A DNA stretch of 64,000 nt, from IMG/VR virus record IMGVR_UViG_3300045988_176028; one strand, written 5' to 3'. The DNA comes from a virus. The notes beneath the pieces were generated by a model. It saw nothing but the letters and a program-made list of their open reading frames with translations. It did no database searches and was not told the origin of the DNA. The translations under genes and the position numbers were made by a program. Positions within the stretch are counted from its first letter, which is position 1. Every line of letters starts with the position of its first letter. Of this stretch, positions 1-8,887 are shown piece by piece.

Positions 1-91
1 GGGATTGGAGGATGGTGAGCTTGTTTGTTCCCTCGTTGTCGATGACTTGGAGTGTGGATGTGTTGCCGTTGTCGTATTTGGTTGCGCTCAT
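1..91 (-). CDS. 5' end of a leftward gene that runs out of the window (partial)
   Basis: A minus-strand ATG at 91..89 opens a stop-free frame to position 1 (MSATKYDNGNTSTLQVIDNEGTNKLTILQS...). It is divergent from the promoter box at 219. Too short to judge. Confidence 0.25.
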   Translation of the reverse strand, partial: MSATKYDNGNTSTLQVIDNEGTNKLTILQS

Positions 92-218
92 TGTTTCTGT
101 GGTCTTTCCCGTTCTTGTGGAATGTTCTGTGTGGGCGAGGTCAGCTTAACACATTAGGTGGGGGTGTGCAACCGTTCGGGGATTCGCGGTCGGATGATTT
201 GCGTTCGACCATACCCTT

Positions 219-240
219 TGTTATACTGGAATCGTCCACA
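219..240 (+). promoter_or_regulatory. Conserved promoter/leader box, copy 1 (TGTTATACTGGAATCGTCCACA)
   Basis: Extended -10 (TGtTATACT) at 219-227 and a TTGCGT -35-like hexamer at 199-204 (17-bp spacer). One of 10 near-identical boxes in the window. Confidence 0.6.
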
Positions 241-291
241 AAAAAAGGGAGCCACACACTCCCAACCACGCCAGAAAAAAAAGAAGAAACC

Positions 292-468
292 ATGAGCAAA
301 CAGACGGAAAACAACATCAACCTGACATTGACACTCATCACAATCGTCAGCGCACTCCTCATGTGGAGACAGGATTACGGCCACGTGGTAATGGCAATCA
401 CCAGCATCACATTTCTACTCAGCTCCACCGCACTGTTCGCTCACTTCATCAAGAAACTCGACGCCTAA
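292..468 (+). CDS. Small membrane protein (58 aa)
   Basis: ATG at 292 lies downstream of the box at 219. Two hydrophobic segments (LTLTLITIVSALLMW, VVMAITSITFLLSSTALFA). The upstream part of track ORF 52..468 overlies the promoter and is discarded. Confidence 0.5.
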   Translation: MSKQTENNINLTLTLITIVSALLMWRQDYGHVVMAITSITFLLSSTALFAHFIKKLDA

Positions 469-481
469 AAAACAAAAAGGA

Positions 482-509
482 ATGCCCCAGCCCGAACGGA
501 CTGGGGCAT
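482..509. terminator. Perfect 9-bp hairpin (ATGCCCCAG-N10-CTGGGGCAT), terminator-like
   Basis: Stem read directly. An A-tract precedes it on the + strand (giving a T-tract on the minus strand), and there is no T-tract after it on the + strand. Confidence 0.35.
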
Positions 510-538
510 AGGCATGTTCGCAAGAACGAAGGAAACCA

Positions 539-919
539 ATGGACGATAAAAACAACACCGAACGAGAGCCGAGAACCGAAGTGGAACGACTCCTGTTCAA
601 AAACGAACGCATGCAGGACGCGTTACTCAGCCTCAAGGACACCATGAGCAGAATGATTGGCGAAGGCCGACTGCCAAACGACGACGAGGTACACCAATGG
701 TTTGAGGGAATCGACCGCAAACTCGAACACGAGGCCGCTGACCGTGAGGTGTTGCTGTTCAACCATGGGGCCATGACCACAGTGCTCCCGAAGTCCACTG
801 AACGATACCAACCCGACCTTCAAGTCCGATATCAGGAAATTCTCACCACATGCAACAAAGCGTATGCGGACGCCGACTACAAATATTGGATTGGCCGTTT
901 CCAACAGGCCGGACTCTGA
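539..919 (+). CDS. Hypothetical protein (126 aa)
   Basis: Open frame in the co-directional gene string. No motif recognised. Confidence 0.5.
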   Translation: MDDKNNTEREPRTEVERLLFKNERMQDALLSLKDTMSRMIGEGRLPNDDEVHQWFEGIDRKLEHEAADREVLLFNHGAMTTVLPKSTERYQPDLQVRYQEILTTCNKAYADADYKYWIGRFQQAGL

Positions 920-978
920 CCTGAAAAACGCAATCCGAGCACAGTGGACAACACTGAAAGGAGTATTCGGACAGGACA

Positions 979-1320
979 ATGCCGGAAACCATACAGACAT
1001 ACCATCCAACGTTCGAGAAGGCCAAGAAGCTCTTCAACCTGCGTAAAAGATTGTGGGAGATAGCCGACGGTAAAAGCGACGGAACAATCTCATATGAGGA
1101 GGCGAACCATCTCGCCGTGGACGCGGTGGCGACCGCCAACGGAGGAATGCCACGCGCCACGAGCGGCCCCATGGTACGACTCTGCAAGCTTTGCACCAAC
1201 GGTTGGATTCGTGAAGCGGCAAACGAGATGGGCTTGGTTTACCCGGACTTGGACTGCCCGGAACGGTGGGGCAAACATCGAGACCATAGCCGTAAAAAGG
1301 AAAGGAAGGCAACGGTTTGA
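979..1320 (+). CDS. Hypothetical protein, 'NGWIREA' family paralog 1
   Basis: 113 aa. C-terminal CxxNGWIREA...YPDLDCPERW motif is shared with the next gene. Confidence 0.6.
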   Translation: MPETIQTYHPTFEKAKKLFNLRKRLWEIADGKSDGTISYEEANHLAVDAVATANGGMPRATSGPMVRLCKLCTNGWIREAANEMGLVYPDLDCPERWGKHRDHSRKKERKATV

Positions 1321-1658
1321 GCGGCAACGGATTCGGCAAGGAAGACATAAGCAGAACAGCCATTCCGGCACGCCCATACGCCAAGGATATGGCTACCATC
1401 AACCGTCTGATAGCAAGGTTGCAAACCATTTCGGACGATAAGGCCAAAGGGAAAATCACATTCCAACAGGCGAACAAGAAGGCTGTGGAAGCAATCCACA
1501 AGGCACGGAACACCAAGTCGAAGTCCCTGCAACGCAAGCCATTAGATTATTTAGAACGTATCTGCGAGAACGGTTGGATTCGGGAAGCTGTGCGAAAGAT
1601 TCCCGAACTGTACCCGTATCTCGACCATCCAGATTTGTGGCTTCGTAAAGGCGTCTGA
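1317..1658 (+). CDS. Hypothetical protein, 'NGWIREA' family paralog 2
   Basis: TTG start overlaps the previous stop (TTGA), with AAGGAAGG 9 nt upstream. Carries ICENGWIREA...YPYLDHPDLW. Confidence 0.6.
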   Translation: MSGNGFGKEDISRTAIPARPYAKDMATINRLIARLQTISDDKAKGKITFQQANKKAVEAIHKARNTKSKSLQRKPLDYLERICENGWIREAVRKIPELYPYLDHPDLWLRKGV

Positions 1659-1888
1659 TGTATTCCAAAGAGCAGATATGTTGCATGGTTTCTCTCATAA
1701 TATTGTCGGCGTTGAGCTTGGCCGCGCTGGTGCATTACGCTCGACTGTCGATAGGGAGAATGAGTCGGATGCCTGACGAGAAATCCCGTTCAGACCTGTT
1801 CAACTATCGGCTGATGACCGTCGTGTCACTGCTGGTGTTGTCGGTTTCGGTGGGTTCCATCATCGTCTACGGTTCCTCTCTCAAATAG
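1658..1888 (+). CDS. Small two-TM membrane protein (76 aa)
   Basis: ATG overlaps the previous stop (TGATG). Two hydrophobic stretches (MVSLIILSALSLAALV, VVSLLVLSVSVGSIIV). Confidence 0.55.
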   Translation: MYSKEQICCMVSLIILSALSLAALVHYARLSIGRMSRMPDEKSRSDLFNYRLMTVVSLLVLSVSVGSIIVYGSSLK

Positions 1889-1948
1889 ATTGGAAGACTG
1901 CCATATTACTAATTCCTTCTACTTCTCAAACATTGACCATAACGTTTA

Positions 1949-2941
1949 TTGACAAAAATCATTTTCAGAAAGCAGGAAGGTCAGTTGTTAAACAGCACGG
2001 AAATGCTTCGACTGGTCAGAGCCGCATGCAACGGAGACCATTTGAAACTGTCCCAGCAAATCGACTTGCTGGCCGACTCGGTGGAGAAAGCCAAGCCGAC
2101 CGCCTACACTACGAATCTGCGTCGGCTGGCAGAGTCGGAACGAGAGAAGGGACTGTCCGTCAACACGAATCTGGCACCGGTTGACGGGTTGACCGAACCG
2201 TTGCTCCCACCGGACGGTACTCATAAGCCTGTGTGGGATAAGACCATGCGGGGATTGTTGGACGGACTGGTTGCCGAATATGGGAAACTGGATGTCCTGA
2301 CCGCGCATAATCTCGCTCCCCGTAATCGAATCATGCTCACGGGAGCGCCCGGCACAGGCAAGACCACCTTCGCTTCCATCCTGTCGGAGAGGCTTGGACT
2401 GGACGGGGTCATCCTTCGTGCAGACCGTGTTATCAGCAGTCAGCTCGGTAAGACGTTAACCAATATCGCCTTGGTGTTCGACCGGCTCCACATGGAACGC
2501 AAGCTCCTGTTCATAGACGAATGCGACATGCTTCTGGCACGACGCGACAACTCCCATGACGTTGCCGAAATGCGTCGGGCAACCAATCTCATGTTACAGA
2601 AAATAGACCTGCTTCCGGAGGATTGCATTCTCATCTGCGCGACCAACATGGACGGTCTCATCGACCGTGCCGCATGGCGTCGGTTCGACGTTCGAGTTCG
2701 CATGACACTTCCCGACAAGACTACGACAAGGCTTATTATCATGCACCGGCTTAAGGAGTTGAATATCCAAGCCGACGTTCGACCATGCGACATCAATGTA
2801 GAGAACATAAGTCCAGCCCTTATCGTCCAAACAGTGGACAATCTTGCCCGTAAGACTTTGATTTCCGGTTCGGAAACCATTCCGGCCGACCTGTTCGTCA
2901 ATGCTTTCAACTCTCTGAAGATGGAGGTTTCCAACCAGTGA
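1949..2941 (+). CDS. AAA+ family ATPase
   Basis: Walker A (LTGAPGTGKTTFA), Walker B (LLFIDECDML) and a sensor-1-like ICATN, with a roughly 115-aa N-terminal extension. The TTG start is uncertain. Confidence 0.8.
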   Translation: MTKIIFRKQEGQLLNSTEMLRLVRAACNGDHLKLSQQIDLLADSVEKAKPTAYTTNLRRLAESEREKGLSVNTNLAPVDGLTEPLLPPDGTHKPVWDKTMRGLLDGLVAEYGKLDVLTAHNLAPRNRIMLTGAPGTGKTTFASILSERLGLDGVILRADRVISSQLGKTLTNIALVFDRLHMERKLLFIDECDMLLARRDNSHDVAEMRRATNLMLQKIDLLPEDCILICATNMDGLIDRAAWRRFDVRVRMTLPDKTTTRLIIMHRLKELNIQADVRPCDINVENISPALIVQTVDNLARKTLISGSETIPADLFVNAFNSLKMEVSNQ

Positions 2942-3204
2942 ACCGTGACGGATACAAGTTCGATATCAATGTCCGCAGAAACGGTTTCATGTCATATCTG
3001 TGGAGTGCTGAAGTGGAAGATGAAGGATTCTTCACTCCCATTGCGAACGGTACTGCCCACACTCTCAACGGCGGCAAGAAAGCCGCTATGAAACAAGCGA
3101 GAAAGTGGGCGCAACACCAGCTCGCCCACCCCAGTGAAAAGGAAAGGTGGGCGGAATGTACGACGATGAGCAACACCAAAACCAGACACCGGCGAAGTCA
3201 CTGA
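2938..3204 (+). CDS. Hypothetical protein (88 aa)
   Basis: GTG overlaps the previous stop (GTGA), with GGAGG 11 nt upstream. No motif recognised. Confidence 0.45.
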   Translation: MNRDGYKFDINVRRNGFMSYLWSAEVEDEGFFTPIANGTAHTLNGGKKAAMKQARKWAQHQLAHPSEKERWAECTTMSNTKTRHRRSH

Positions 3205-3455
3205 AACGTTCCGGAAGGCAACCGAAACTATCCGACGTCGTCATGCTCGACCGGGGTTGTCAACTGTGGATTCGTGAAGCCCGTAAAGGGAACATCACTG
3301 ACACGTCGAAGACCTTGGAGAAGATTCGGTATCAGCTTCGATTGGAACGTCGTGTGGCCGGACAATCCGGTTCTGGACTTCGTAGACCTGTGGGTAGGGA
3401 TAAAAAACCCGATACGGATGGGAACGGTTCAAAGCCGGATAGGAAAGACTTGTAA
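3156..3455 (+). CDS. Basic hypothetical protein with a C-x-LWIREA motif
   Basis: ATG at 3156 with AAAGGTGG 6 nt upstream. 'RGCQLWIREARKG' resembles the NGWIREA motif of 979 and 1317. Overlaps the preceding ORF by 49 nt. Confidence 0.45.
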   Translation: MYDDEQHQNQTPAKSLKRSGRQPKLSDVVMLDRGCQLWIREARKGNITDTSKTLEKIRYQLRLERRVAGQSGSGLRRPVGRDKKPDTDGNGSKPDRKDL

Positions 3456-3463
3456 CCCATTAG

Positions 3464-3499
3464 GGTGCCGGTGGACGGTGCTGTCAACCGGCACCTTTT
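3464..3499 (+). terminator. Rho-independent terminator
   Basis: GGTGCCGG-N16-CCGGCACC followed by TTTT. Confidence 0.6.
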
Positions 3500-3579
3500 G
3501 GTATCCGACCTCACAATACTGGGGGTATCATTGTGTTATCGACGGAACCACACGCCCGTCATTTTTATAAGGAGACACA

Positions 3580-4344
3580 ATGAACGAAGGAACCTATGGG
3601 CTGGAGACCCTGAAAGCCGACTATCATACGATACTCGGCTACGATATCGGCTATCTCACCGCGGAATCCTATCCACTGTTCGCACCCTATCGTGCGAAAA
3701 CCAAGAACAGTTTCTCCGGTAGAGTACCGAGACTGTTAAGCATAATCATCACCACTCTCATTAACACGCCAAGCCGCGAATGGGATGCGGAAACCCGCAC
3801 GCTCACCATCGGCGACGACTTCTTCTTCCTCGCCAACAAATGCGGTTTGAACAGTGGAGGAGACGGACGCACTACCGTCCGGAACCAGCTTCTCATGCTC
3901 TCGTCAATCCAGTTCACCGGAGCGGACGGAGTCAAAGTCACGCCGGTCGAACACACCGAAATCACCGCCGACAGTCTCACTATCGAGCATCGGAAAATCA
4001 CGTTCACGGAACCGTTCGTAAAAATGATGACAAGGAACGTCCGGCAGATGCCGTTGAAGTGTCTGTACCCCAACGCGGGTAGCGCCATAGCGATAGACCT
4101 GCTCGCATTGGCGGCATTGTATTGTCCGAACGACCATAGGCTCATCATCGAACGGGCAGACCTTCCATCACTGCTTCCAGCAAGCAGGCAAAGCCTCTCC
4201 AAGCAGAATCTTCTAAATAGATTCAAGGAGTTAAACGACAGTCAGAACGAGTGGACGTATCGTATAACGAAATACAGTGTGACCATCAGCCCGTTCGGAG
4301 TGTACTCATCCGAAGACGCTTTGAGATTACGTCGCAGACAATAG
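3580..4344 (+). CDS. Hypothetical protein (254 aa)
   Basis: AAGGAG RBS 7 nt upstream of the ATG. Only a vague resemblance to winged-helix plasmid initiator proteins, so no function is assigned. Confidence 0.6.
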   Translation: MNEGTYGLETLKADYHTILGYDIGYLTAESYPLFAPYRAKTKNSFSGRVPRLLSIIITTLINTPSREWDAETRTLTIGDDFFFLANKCGLNSGGDGRTTVRNQLLMLSSIQFTGADGVKVTPVEHTEITADSLTIEHRKITFTEPFVKMMTRNVRQMPLKCLYPNAGSAIAIDLLALAALYCPNDHRLIIERADLPSLLPASRQSLSKQNLLNRFKELNDSQNEWTYRITKYSVTISPFGVYSSEDALRLRRRQ

Positions 4345-4358
4345 TCCAAGCATGAAAA

Positions 4359-4390
4359 GAGGGGAGCCGACCGTAAGGCCGACTCCCCTC
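4359..4390. terminator. Hairpin between convergent genes (bidirectional terminator-like)
   Basis: GAGGGGAG...CTCCCCTC arms lie between the stop at 4344 (+) and the stop at 4411 (-). Confidence 0.5.
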
Positions 4391-4410
4391 AATGATGTCG
4401 GGTTGGAAAC

Positions 4411-5133
4411 TCAGATTTTCAGCTCATCGATAACGGAAAGGTCAACACCGTCACCCCAATTATCGACAATCTTGCTCAGGTTCTTACGCATTCCGGCAGG
4501 AGACTGGTCGTCAACCGGACGTCCGAAATTCTTCTCCGGCGCGACCGCGTTCAGCACGGAGAACAGCAGGTTGGTCATATCCTTGCCCTGCGCGAACACC
4601 AACGTCACCTCTGCGGCAATCATGCCCGGCTCGGCTGTAGCCAACCCTTCCAACGCGGACGCGAACTCAGAGATTCGACGTTGGTTCTTCGGCTCAGTCA
4701 ATGCGTCCAGCACTGCTTCCGGAGTGCTCTTCTTCGTATCAGTCAACGCCTTGGCGAGAGAAACCACACGCTCGTCATCCAACGATTTGACAAGAGGAAT
4801 CAGCTTCTTGCCGAACTGTTCCTCGATGTGCGGCATGGTCTTCTCACGCGGTTTGCGATTGGAACGGCCCTTACCCTTCCCCCTCGGCTTGTCTTCGGTT
4901 TCAGTGGACTCAGCGTCCACGTTCACATCCTCACCATCAGCCGGTGCGGACACGTCAGAGACAGGCTCCGAACTCTCCTGATTAAGAGAATCGGATTCCG
5001 TCTGCGACTCCTCGACAGAAGACTGCTCCGGTTCAGCATAATTGTCGGAACCGTAACCATTGTCCTGCTCCGACTGCTGGTTGTTGTTGAATCCCCAATT
5101 GGTGAAGTCTGGCATCATACCTTCTTTCGTCAT
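4411..5133 (-). CDS. Highly acidic hypothetical protein (240 aa)
   Basis: One of the few convincing minus-strand genes in the window. N-terminal half is rich in D/E/S/Q, followed by a KGKGRSNRKPR basic patch. Confidence 0.65.
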   Translation of the reverse strand: MTKEGMMPDFTNWGFNNNQQSEQDNGYGSDNYAEPEQSSVEESQTESDSLNQESSEPVSDVSAPADGEDVNVDAESTETEDKPRGKGKGRSNRKPREKTMPHIEEQFGKKLIPLVKSLDDERVVSLAKALTDTKKSTPEAVLDALTEPKNQRRISEFASALEGLATAEPGMIAAEVTLVFAQGKDMTNLLFSVLNAVAPEKNFGRPVDDQSPAGMRKNLSKIVDNWGDGVDLSVIDELKI

Positions 5134-5225
5134 ATCCAGCGAACACTCCGGTCGTACAGGCTGTTAACAGTCGGAACGAGGTGTTCTGTATTTTCAATTC
5201 ACGAGTGTAACGCCCGACAGCATCC

Positions 5226-6010
5226 CTAAACGGGGAAAACGGGAAAAACAATTCCCCGCGCCGCCCGCGCCGGTAGTTCCAACAGAAAAGCGGAACCAAA
5301 AAGAGTCCCCAACAAATATGAAAAAAGGAACAACACCCGACCATTATCAGAAAAAACATGAAAACCATCCAGTCCACGCCGGTAGGTCAACATGAATAGC
5401 AGACTCAAAAAAAAGAGAAAAACCAAAAATCAAAAAGACTAAAAGAAAGGAAGCACTACCCACCAAAAAATCAGAAAAAGAAACCAAACACCATCACATC
5501 AAAAAAGAATAACCAAGAAAATCAGAAAGAAAAGAAAAACCAAAAGGAAGAAAAGGAGAATATAAGAGCAGCAATCTTAATCAAATAGAAGCAACAGAAG
5601 AACAGGACAATAAAAGAAGAAACACCTACCCCTAAATCGGGAATACAACGTATGAAAACAACAGAAGCAACGCAACCATCCACAAAGGAACAGCACATCA
5701 ACCCATATGGCATACAAAACAGAAGAACAACAGCACCAAACACCCCAAGAAACAAGAAAAGCCAAGCAACAGCACCACAAGGCAACAGGTCAAGCACCAG
5801 CACCAGCACAAACAACAACCAACAGCCACTACAACAACAAAAACAACAAAAAGGTCAATAGTCTCACTAACAAGGTCAACGACAATCAAAACAAGGTAAC
5901 ATCAATACAGGAACAGCCAATGCAATGAAAAAAGCAACAGCAAAACCAACAAAAAACTAAATATCAAAAAACTATAAATGCCAGAACTCGGACAAAACCG
6001 TAAACGTTCC
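5226..6010 (+). other. Non-coding tract with extreme strand asymmetry (+ strand almost only A and C)
   Basis: Direct counts: the 60-nt line at 5461 has 4 T and 4 G, and the line at 5761 has 1 T and 10 G. Only short low-complexity ORFs occur in any frame. Confidence 0.8.
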
Positions 6011-6027
6011 GATGAAAACAACGGAAC

Positions 6028-7242
6028 ATGACCCATCAGGAGGCGGTCTTATTGGAAAAACGAACGATTTCCCTGATAATCGGCTCCGGAGGGCTTCTCA
6101 CAACTATCAAAAAGGCCCTTACGAGAGCTGGAAACATGCGTTGGCAGGTGCCCGCCGCAGACAATATTCAAGCACAGGCCGACTATCTGGTAAGACATCC
6201 GGTGCCCTCCGGGTTCAAGGGAATCATCTTCACTGACAGGGCTGGAAACTGGCTTCCGATAGCCAACGCCGGATACATGGTCTACTGGTGCAACACCGGT
6301 CAGATACCGGTCGGAGCCATAGGCATGAGCGAACAGATGTTACGCATGAGCGTGGCTGATTTCGCACGGACTTATTGGGGAATCCAGCTTGCGGACAAGC
6401 GTCTCGTAGTCGATATCCTCCAAAACAAAGTGAAGGAAACTGCGGTTCTCCTACCCATCACATCCAACACCGGAGGAGTGGGGAAGACCACGTCCAGCCG
6501 ACAGTTGGCAGACCGTGCGTCGCAAGCCGGATTGCGTGTTCTGCTCATCGACGGCAACATCAGACAGTCCAGTCAACGTAGTTTTTTCGACCCGAGACAG
6601 GACAAGCCATTGCATACGATAGCCGACTGGCGACCGGGCATGCAGGTGCAGGTCGGAGCCAATCGAGGACGTGACCTTGGGGTTCCATACGACATCTGTT
6701 TCGCACCTCCAGCAGGCGTCGGAGTGGACTGGCAGATATACCGTCAGTACATCCAAGCGGCACGCCGACTGTGGGATTTCGTCGTGCTCGACCTTGACCG
6801 AATCAGCGCGGACGATTTGGATGATAGGGAGAATATCGCCAACGGTTTACTGCTTCCATACATTCAATCGGGAGACCCTTGTCTGGTTATCATCAAGGCT
6901 GGAAGGCAGACGCAGATAGACGCGTTGAATCTGCTGACGGCCTTGGCTGAGCATCATCTTCCGAAGGAACTCATCGGAATCAAGGACACCGTTCCGGTCG
7001 GACTGCAAGGTTACAGACGACTCGACTATACGAGATACGGAACGTTTCTCGGAACCGAATATCAGACGGTCGAGGCAAGCAACCATATCGCCAACGGTGA
7101 TGTCAGATGGGATGACCCCGGTCTTGCTTTTGCTAGGGAGAACATTCTTAACTGGGCTTTGCCCGACCGTGGTTTCAATCCGGAAAGATTCAATCCGAAC
7201 GCTAAGAACAGTGAAGGAAAGAAAGGTCGTGGGCGTAAGTGA
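6028..7242 (+). CDS. ParA/MinD-superfamily P-loop protein with an N-terminal extension (CpaE/TadZ-like)
   Basis: LPITSNTGGVGKTTSS Walker A followed by RVLLIDGN. The signature lysine of the deviant Walker A (KGGxGKT) is replaced (NTGGVGKT). Confidence 0.7.
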   Translation: MTHQEAVLLEKRTISLIIGSGGLLTTIKKALTRAGNMRWQVPAADNIQAQADYLVRHPVPSGFKGIIFTDRAGNWLPIANAGYMVYWCNTGQIPVGAIGMSEQMLRMSVADFARTYWGIQLADKRLVVDILQNKVKETAVLLPITSNTGGVGKTTSSRQLADRASQAGLRVLLIDGNIRQSSQRSFFDPRQDKPLHTIADWRPGMQVQVGANRGRDLGVPYDICFAPPAGVGVDWQIYRQYIQAARRLWDFVVLDLDRISADDLDDRENIANGLLLPYIQSGDPCLVIIKAGRQTQIDALNLLTALAEHHLPKELIGIKDTVPVGLQGYRRLDYTRYGTFLGTEYQTVEASNHIANGDVRWDDPGLAFARENILNWALPDRGFNPERFNPNAKNSEGKKGRGRK

Positions 7243-8435
7243 CATTCGATGACCGTTTTCTTTTCGACCCGAACGACGAGAATCTTTGGAAGACCGGAAG
7301 CATTGCCGACTGGTATAAAGGCAACGACATGTTCGAGATGGAGCATCCCGGATTGTTCGCGCAGACCCACCCGTGGTTCGTTGCGAACAAACTGTTCGCG
7401 GAGACAATGGTGAAAGCGAACAGCGAACTCGTTTCGAGTATCCTCGGCGCATTGTTCACTTGGAAGACATGCACGGTTGACCAACTACGTGCGGGACTTT
7501 CCATCAAAGGCGCTCCCGCTTTCGAACGTGACGAACCGAACCTGTATGGTGCGATGAACCGTTTGGGAATCATCAACGTCGGTTTCAGTCAGGCGGAACG
7601 ATTGTACGGTCAGACCGTGAATCATGTTTGGCTTTCACCGTCGAACAGTCCACGTCTTATCAACCGTGCGATGAAATTGTACGGGATGGAAAAGTGGATG
7701 CGTGAGACGATGGCGGTTTCCTATTACGCGGGGAATCGTTTCCATGTTCGGCATAACACTTATGCGGCGCACGCGGGATTGATGTTGGCACGCGATTCAC
7801 GCGTGAAATTCTCATCCGGTGATGGTTGGGGAAAATTCCGTAGCGTTGACCCACAGGCTGTTGCCGAGTCGAAGGTCGGCAAGGCTTGCGCGACCGACGT
7901 GGTGACGTTGTGCCGGAACAATGTGTTGGCGGGTATCGAAATCCAAACGTCCAACAGCGAATTGGATAAGAAGATGCAGAACTGGGCTAAGATGCTCGCC
8001 TATTCTCCGATGAAGCGTCGCGGACTCATCTGCGTATGGTTGCAGATACCGAAGGCAAACGAAGGTTACGAATCGTTCAACGCGGTGGTACAACGCACGC
8101 AAGGCATGACGGAAATGGTCGTGGGCAATCCTACCGTGTCGCAACGAATGGGAATCGCGGTCTGGGACGAATGGTTCGAGCATGGGATGCCGACCGACAG
8201 GTTCGGTGACTATACGGATATGAGTGGAACACGACGCAACATTTTCTCCGACGAGTGGGCGCAATATACTCCGCAGGTTCGTGACGTTCGCAAAGTCAGC
8301 GAATGGGGTTGGGACGTGACGCGAGACATCATAAAGAAGGATTGGGGTTGGGATGTTTCCGGTTGGACAATGCCGGAAGCGTACCGTGGCGGTTTCTACG
8401 GTTTCATTGGAAAGGATTGCGATGGTCTCCACTGA
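7239..8435 (+). CDS. Replication-relaxation-family-like protein (candidate relaxase or accessory protein)
   Basis: GTGA overlap with the upstream gene. N-terminal winged-helix-like segment (ILGALFTWKTCTVDQLRAGL...AMNRLGIINVG), then FHVRHNTYAAHAGLML and ATDVVTL...GIEIQTS motifs. Family assignment is from memory of the pattern only. Confidence 0.5.
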   Translation: MTFDDRFLFDPNDENLWKTGSIADWYKGNDMFEMEHPGLFAQTHPWFVANKLFAETMVKANSELVSSILGALFTWKTCTVDQLRAGLSIKGAPAFERDEPNLYGAMNRLGIINVGFSQAERLYGQTVNHVWLSPSNSPRLINRAMKLYGMEKWMRETMAVSYYAGNRFHVRHNTYAAHAGLMLARDSRVKFSSGDGWGKFRSVDPQAVAESKVGKACATDVVTLCRNNVLAGIEIQTSNSELDKKMQNWAKMLAYSPMKRRGLICVWLQIPKANEGYESFNAVVQRTQGMTEMVVGNPTVSQRMGIAVWDEWFEHGMPTDRFGDYTDMSGTRRNIFSDEWAQYTPQVRDVRKVSEWGWDVTRDIIKKDWGWDVSGWTMPEAYRGGFYGFIGKDCDGLH

Positions 8436-8862
8436 GGAATCATTCCAACAGACGCAGGACGCGTTGGATGTAGCAAGATTGGAACGTGCGCGGGCTTTGC
8501 AACAGGTTCAGACATTATGTGAGACGGGACGTAGACATTTGGTCATTCCGTTTCTGATGGCGAACATGCAACGTGTTCCCGCATTACGGAAGATACGACT
8601 CTGGCAATTGGATTCGATAATGTTCAACACTTCCCGGCGGATTGCGAACAAAACAATCCGCGTCATGCGTGAAACCATCAACGATGATTCGAGCGTGAAC
8701 GACGGTTACGTGACATTGGGTTGGGCTTTGGAGTCGAAGGAGAAAACCGTCCGTATGACTACATGGCTTCTCCAATTGTCGTTACGTGAGAAGCTTTCCA
8801 CTTTCCAGAAGCCGGAAGGTTTCCCATACGCGCAGTTGTATCAGCAGAGCACGAATGATTAA
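8422..8862 (+). CDS. Hypothetical protein (146 aa)
   Basis: ATG at 8422 with GGAAAGGA 6 nt upstream. Overlaps the previous stop by 14 nt. Confidence 0.5.
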   Translation: MVSTEESFQQTQDALDVARLERARALQQVQTLCETGRRHLVIPFLMANMQRVPALRKIRLWQLDSIMFNTSRRIANKTIRVMRETINDDSSVNDGYVTLGWALESKEKTVRMTTWLLQLSLREKLSTFQKPEGFPYAQLYQQSTND

Positions 8863-8887
8863 ACAAAAAAGGAAAGGAAGGTAAAAC

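Noticed and set aside
3580-4344. A second replication initiator.
   Set aside because: It has only a vague resemblance to winged-helix Rep proteins and no adjacent iterons or AT-rich block. It is left as hypothetical.
5522-5928. Short ORFs inside the A/C-rich tract (5522..5818 -, 5577..5780 -, 5652..5861 +, 5707..5928 +).
   Set aside because: Their Q/K/N/T-rich or F/L/C/V-rich products are what the biased composition yields in any frame. They overlap one another and have no RBS.
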